A stretch of 10,456 nucleotides of DNA, taken from Octopus sinensis. Its lineage: Eukaryota. Shown here in pieces: positions 7,159-10,456 of the stretch. The notes under the pieces are model-generated. The model was given only the letters and a program-made list of their open reading frames with translations. It ran no database searches and was not told where the DNA came from. Both the position numbers and the translations under genes were made by a program. The DNA is taken from contig NW_021827419.1 of assembly GCF_006345805.1 (NCBI RefSeq), positions 1-10,456 on the forward strand. Direction: 5' to 3'. Numbering within the stretch: position 1 is the first letter of the stretch; every line of letters starts with the position of its first letter.

Positions 7159-7290
7159 GTTTTGGCACGAGGCAAAAATTTCGAGTGTTGGGATAAGTAG
7201 ATTACATCTATCCTAGTACATAACCGATACCTTTCGTTATGAACTTCAGACGGGTGGAGGATAAAAGCCGAAAAAAAAACTGGACGGCAT
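7159..7290 (-). mobile_element. Highly decayed SINE family C remnant
   Basis: TTTGGCACGAGGC...GTAGATTACATCTATCCTAGT...GGAGGATAAAAGCCGA matches, in order and patchily, the reverse complement of the family C tail and centre. Confidence 0.5.
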
Positions 7291-7398
7291 TTTGCCATTT
7301 CACTGTCTTCTGCTCATTTAATATTGAAAAATAAATAGTTAGATACTTATACAAAATCTACAAAGAAGCAAATGCATGGAAACATTAACACTAGATAG

Positions 7399-7633
7399 GT
7401 TTCTTTATTAGCCACACAGGGCTGCACACAGATAGAACAAATAACAAGGTAGAGCTTTTCTTTTGAAGGTTTTTAAAAAAAAAAAAAATAAATAAATAAT
7501 AAAAAAAAATAAATAAATAAAAACGGGGGGGTCGATCAAAAGGGATCGTAAAAGGAGAGAAAGAGGACAAAAAAAAAAAGGGGGGGTTAAAAAAAAAGGG
7601 AAGAGGAAAAAAATGATCAATAGGGATCGTTAC
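7399..7633 (-). mobile_element. Putative non-LTR retroelement 3'-UTR fragment, unit 1
   Basis: Minus strand ends ...CAAAAGAAAAGCTCTACCTTGTTATTTGTTCTATCTGTGTGCAGCCCTGTGTGGCTAATAAAGAAAC-CTATCTAG, with AATAAA at 7409-7404. Homologous to unit 2. Confidence 0.6.
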
Positions 7634-7677
7634 TAGATAGATGATAGATAGATGGATAGATAGATAGATAGATAGAT

Positions 7678-7755
<78 letters not shown>
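7634..7755. repeat. (TAGA)n microsatellite
   Basis: Read directly. Separates units 1 and 2. Confidence 0.95.
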
Positions 7756-7756
<1 letters not shown>

Positions 7757-8010
7757 GTTTCTTATTGGCCACCAGAGCTGCACACAGATGGGACAAGTTA
7801 CAAGGTAGAGCTTTTCTTTTGGGGATGAAAAAAAACAAAAAACAAAAGAAAAGAAAAAAAAGGGGTGGCGTAGGTTTTCGATCAGAGGGATCGTAAAAGG
7901 GAAGAAAAAAAAACATAAATAAATAAAAAATAAAAAGAATAAAAGAAAAAAAGAAAAGTAAAAAGGAAAAAAGAAAGAGAATGAAAAAAAAAGAAAGGAC
8001 TGACAATTGA
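7757..8010 (-). mobile_element. Putative non-LTR retroelement 3'-UTR fragment, unit 2
   Basis: 7757-7821 is colinear with 7399-7465. It shares the CGATC-N5/6-GATCGTAAAAGG motif and A-rich tracts. Bounded by (TAGA)n on both sides. Confidence 0.6.
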
Positions 8011-8020
8011 AGAGTAAGAG

Positions 8021-8040
8021 TAGATAGATAGAAGAAGATA

Positions 8041-8086
<46 letters not shown>

Positions 8087-8198
8087 GGATAGATGATAGA
8101 TGATAGATAGATAGATAGATAGATAGAATAGATAGATAGATAGATAGATAGATAGAGAGATAGACAGAGAGATAGATGATAGATATAGATAGAGTGAC

Positions 8199-8229
<31 letters not shown>

Positions 8230-8272
8230 AGATAGATAGATAGATAGTTTTTTGTAGGTACTTACATACAGG

Positions 8273-8323
<51 letters not shown>
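8021..8323. repeat. (TAGA)n array followed by (CA)n(TA)n
   Basis: TAGA ~8021-8247, then CA/TA ~8275-8323. Confidence 0.95.
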
Positions 8324-8325
<2 letters not shown>

Positions 8326-8747
8326 ACACATACATGCTGGCATGTGTGCGGGGGGTGTAATCAAACGTTTGTAGGGGGGGGATGTAAAAGTATCTTGTAA
8401 AAAGTGCAATTTTATTATATTTACACAACCCAAATATCTGTATTTAGTAATTAAATTCTTGTTTTTCCTTAAATAACTTTTTCTCCAATCCTCAAAATAC
8501 ACTTCTTTAATTTGATTGATCAAATATTTAACTCTAAAAGTCTCTTATTTATATTTACGCATTCGTTTTAACTTCATTAGCTATATGTATGTTTTTATTT
8601 AGTATTTAAGAAGTAATTTTCCTTTTCTTTTTCTTTTTTTTTTTTTTTTTTTGGTTTTGCTATATTTCTGTGGTTGATTAAGTGGGTGGTTTATTTATAT
8701 CTACATAATCTTATTCACTGTCTCATATTTATGTTTAGACATTTGCA

Positions 8748-9090
8748 TATATATATATATATATATATATGCTATATATATATATATATATATAATATAT
8801 ATATATAATATGATTATATAATATATTATATATAATATTATATTAGGGAGATGTACTTGCATAGCAAGTGATTTGATCTGAGATCGTGTGCTGGAACGAT
8901 AACAATTGCAGCGTGGAATTGTGTTTGTAAGCCATTTAAGAAACACATAAAAGCCGTTATATATATATATTATATATATATATATTATATATATATATAT
9001 ATTATATATATATATAATTATATATATATATTATATATATAGTATATATATATATATAATATTATATATATTATATTAATATATTAGATA
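8748..9090. repeat. (TA)n tract with a complex-sequence island at 8845-8958
   Basis: Imperfect TA arrays at 8748-8844 and 8958-9090. Confidence 0.9.
8845..8958. mobile_element. Probable interspersed-repeat fragment inserted in (TA)n (possibly a PLE pLTR piece)
   Basis: Sharp-edged 114-bp complex island in a TA array. Resembles a common octopus repeat from memory only. Confidence 0.35.
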
Positions 9091-9107
9091 TTATTATTAT
9101 GATAATA

Positions 9108-9159
<52 letters not shown>

Positions 9160-9323
9160 TAATGTATGATGATGATAATAATGATACTGATAATGTGATA
9201 TTATTATTTATATTATTATTATTATTATTATATTATGATTATTATTATTATTATTATTATCATTATTATTATTATTATTGTATTATTATTATTATATTAT
9301 TATTATTATTATATTATTATTAT

Positions 9324-9363
<40 letters not shown>
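9091..9363. repeat. Trinucleotide tract: (TAA)n, then (TTA)n, then (TCA)13
   Basis: (TAA)n ~9101-9160, TGA/TAA mix to ~9198, (TTA)n ~9199-9324, (TCA)13 at 9325-9363. Confidence 0.95.
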
Positions 9364-9364
<1 letters not shown>

Positions 9365-10456
9365 ATAAACTCAACAGATTAGACTGTGGGGAAAGAAAAA
9401 AATCCTAACGGGCTGCAACATGTAATCTTAGATGCCAAGAATCATGCTATCAGGCTACAACAAAATATCTTAGATGCCAAGAAGCCTCCTAAGCATCCTA
9501 GCCGTCACTAATAATACTGTTTTCTGGAGCCGTACTAAACTAGGATTTATGCCTATTTCCTCTGTCTATCTCTTCAGATCTTTAGGGATAGTTCTCAATG
9601 CACCTATAACTACTGTGATACATTTTACCCGAAGTTTCTATAGTCTCTGCAATTCATAACTACTTTTTCTATACTTCTCATATTAATGTTTTTCATTATT
9701 TGAAACTTTAAAATCAATTATCTGACACGTTCTATTCTCTTTATCTACTACTACAAAATCAGACCTTCTAGCTTCTATTACTCTATCAGTCTGAATGTTA
9801 AAGTCCCACAACATCTTGTACTTCTTACTTTCTAGTACTGTACTACGTTCATGCTAATACCATTTATCAGTATGTTCAAATCCTAGCTTTCTACATAACA
9901 CCCAGTGGATTATTCTCCATAGATTTTCATGTCTTTTCTCGTATCCTTTCTGTACCACCATACTACATTCACTTACTATGTGAGTAACGCTTTCCTCTTT
10001 TGATTTACATTCGGAATGTACCTGGTTTTTATCTATCTTAGCTTTTATCTAATTAGTCCTTAATGCTTGATTTTGGGCAGCTGTCAACAAACTTTCTGTC
10101 TCCCTCTTCAGCTTTCCCTTCTGCAGCCATAACCATGTCTCACTACTACTATTTTCTGAAACTATCTTGGGAATCTACCATGCTACGCTTTCTCCTGTCA
10201 GTCAGATCTTTTCTGTTCTTTTCTCTGATTTTTAACTTCGTTTGGGTTTTTAATTTCCCTATATCTTGCTGTGACTCTAGCAGCTCTTAATAAACTTTCA
10301 TCACTATTACCTACATAGGAGTCTACATCTACTCTGGCTAAACCCCACGCAGTTTTCTCCTGATATTAAGCCTCTTACACCTTCCTTTCTAAATAGGTAT
10401 AATCTTGCTACTGTTGCCCTTAGGTTGAATCCTCCATTCATATTGAATTCCTTCGT
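9364..10456 (-). mobile_element. 3' portion of an R4/Dong-clade non-LTR retrotransposon (runs off the window end)
   Basis: Degraded ORF C-terminus plus ~100-bp 3' UTR ending at the (TGA)n/(TAA)n tract. Confidence 0.9.
9470..10456 (-). pseudogene. R4/Dong post-RT region, zinc knuckle and restriction-like endonuclease (RLE) domain, pseudogenised
   Basis: Manual translation with 2 frameshifts and several stops: RLYLFRKEGVRGLIS...*HGRF...TWLWLQKGKLKRETESLLTAAQNQALRTN...ECKSKEESVTHIVSEC...YEKRHENL..IIHW.LC...LWDFNIQTDRVIEARRSDFVVVDK...IIDF...VVIGALRTIPK...LQKTVLLVTARMLRRLLGI*. Terminal TAA at 9472-9470. Confidence 0.92.

Noticed and set aside
7391-8523. Long ORFs of 345 aa and 213 aa, plus nested ones
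   Set aside because: They consist of microsatellite and poly-T translation (LSIY, poly-F) with no domain motifs.
9474-10290. Plus-strand ORFs 9474-9659 and 10063-10290, and ORF 9099-9368 upstream
   Set aside because: The first two are antisense shadows of the R4/Dong pseudogene; the third is trinucleotide-repeat translation.
1-10456. CRISPR array, prokaryotic operon or defence system
   Set aside because: There are no regularly spaced repeat-spacer units or prokaryotic genes; all repeats are eukaryotic microsatellites or TEs.

Overview
Eukaryotic, AT-rich, non-genic window made almost entirely of microsatellites and layered transposon fossils. The SINE families look like octopus/coleoid cephalopod repeats (recognised from memory, not database-checked). 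No intact host or TE CDS is supported: the supplied ORFs are microsatellite translations, SINE-internal frames, antisense frames over the LINE fossil, or unsupported. Contents: at least 8 tRNA-derived SINE copies or fragments from 3 head families, several with clear TSDs; a 3'-truncated Tc1 transposon split by a SINE; the 3' ~1.1 kb of a dead R4/Dong-clade non-LTR retrotransposon abutting a (TGA)n/(TAA)n tract; and two tandem 3'-UTR-like units bounded by (GATA)n. The main hidden signal is four hammerhead-ribozyme-like motifs between 630 and 4120, of the Penelope-like (PLE) palindromic-stem-III type and in three sequence variants. Three carry ~85-95 nt or longer stem II insertions. Two form an inverted pair whose complementary mutations reconstruct an intact core.
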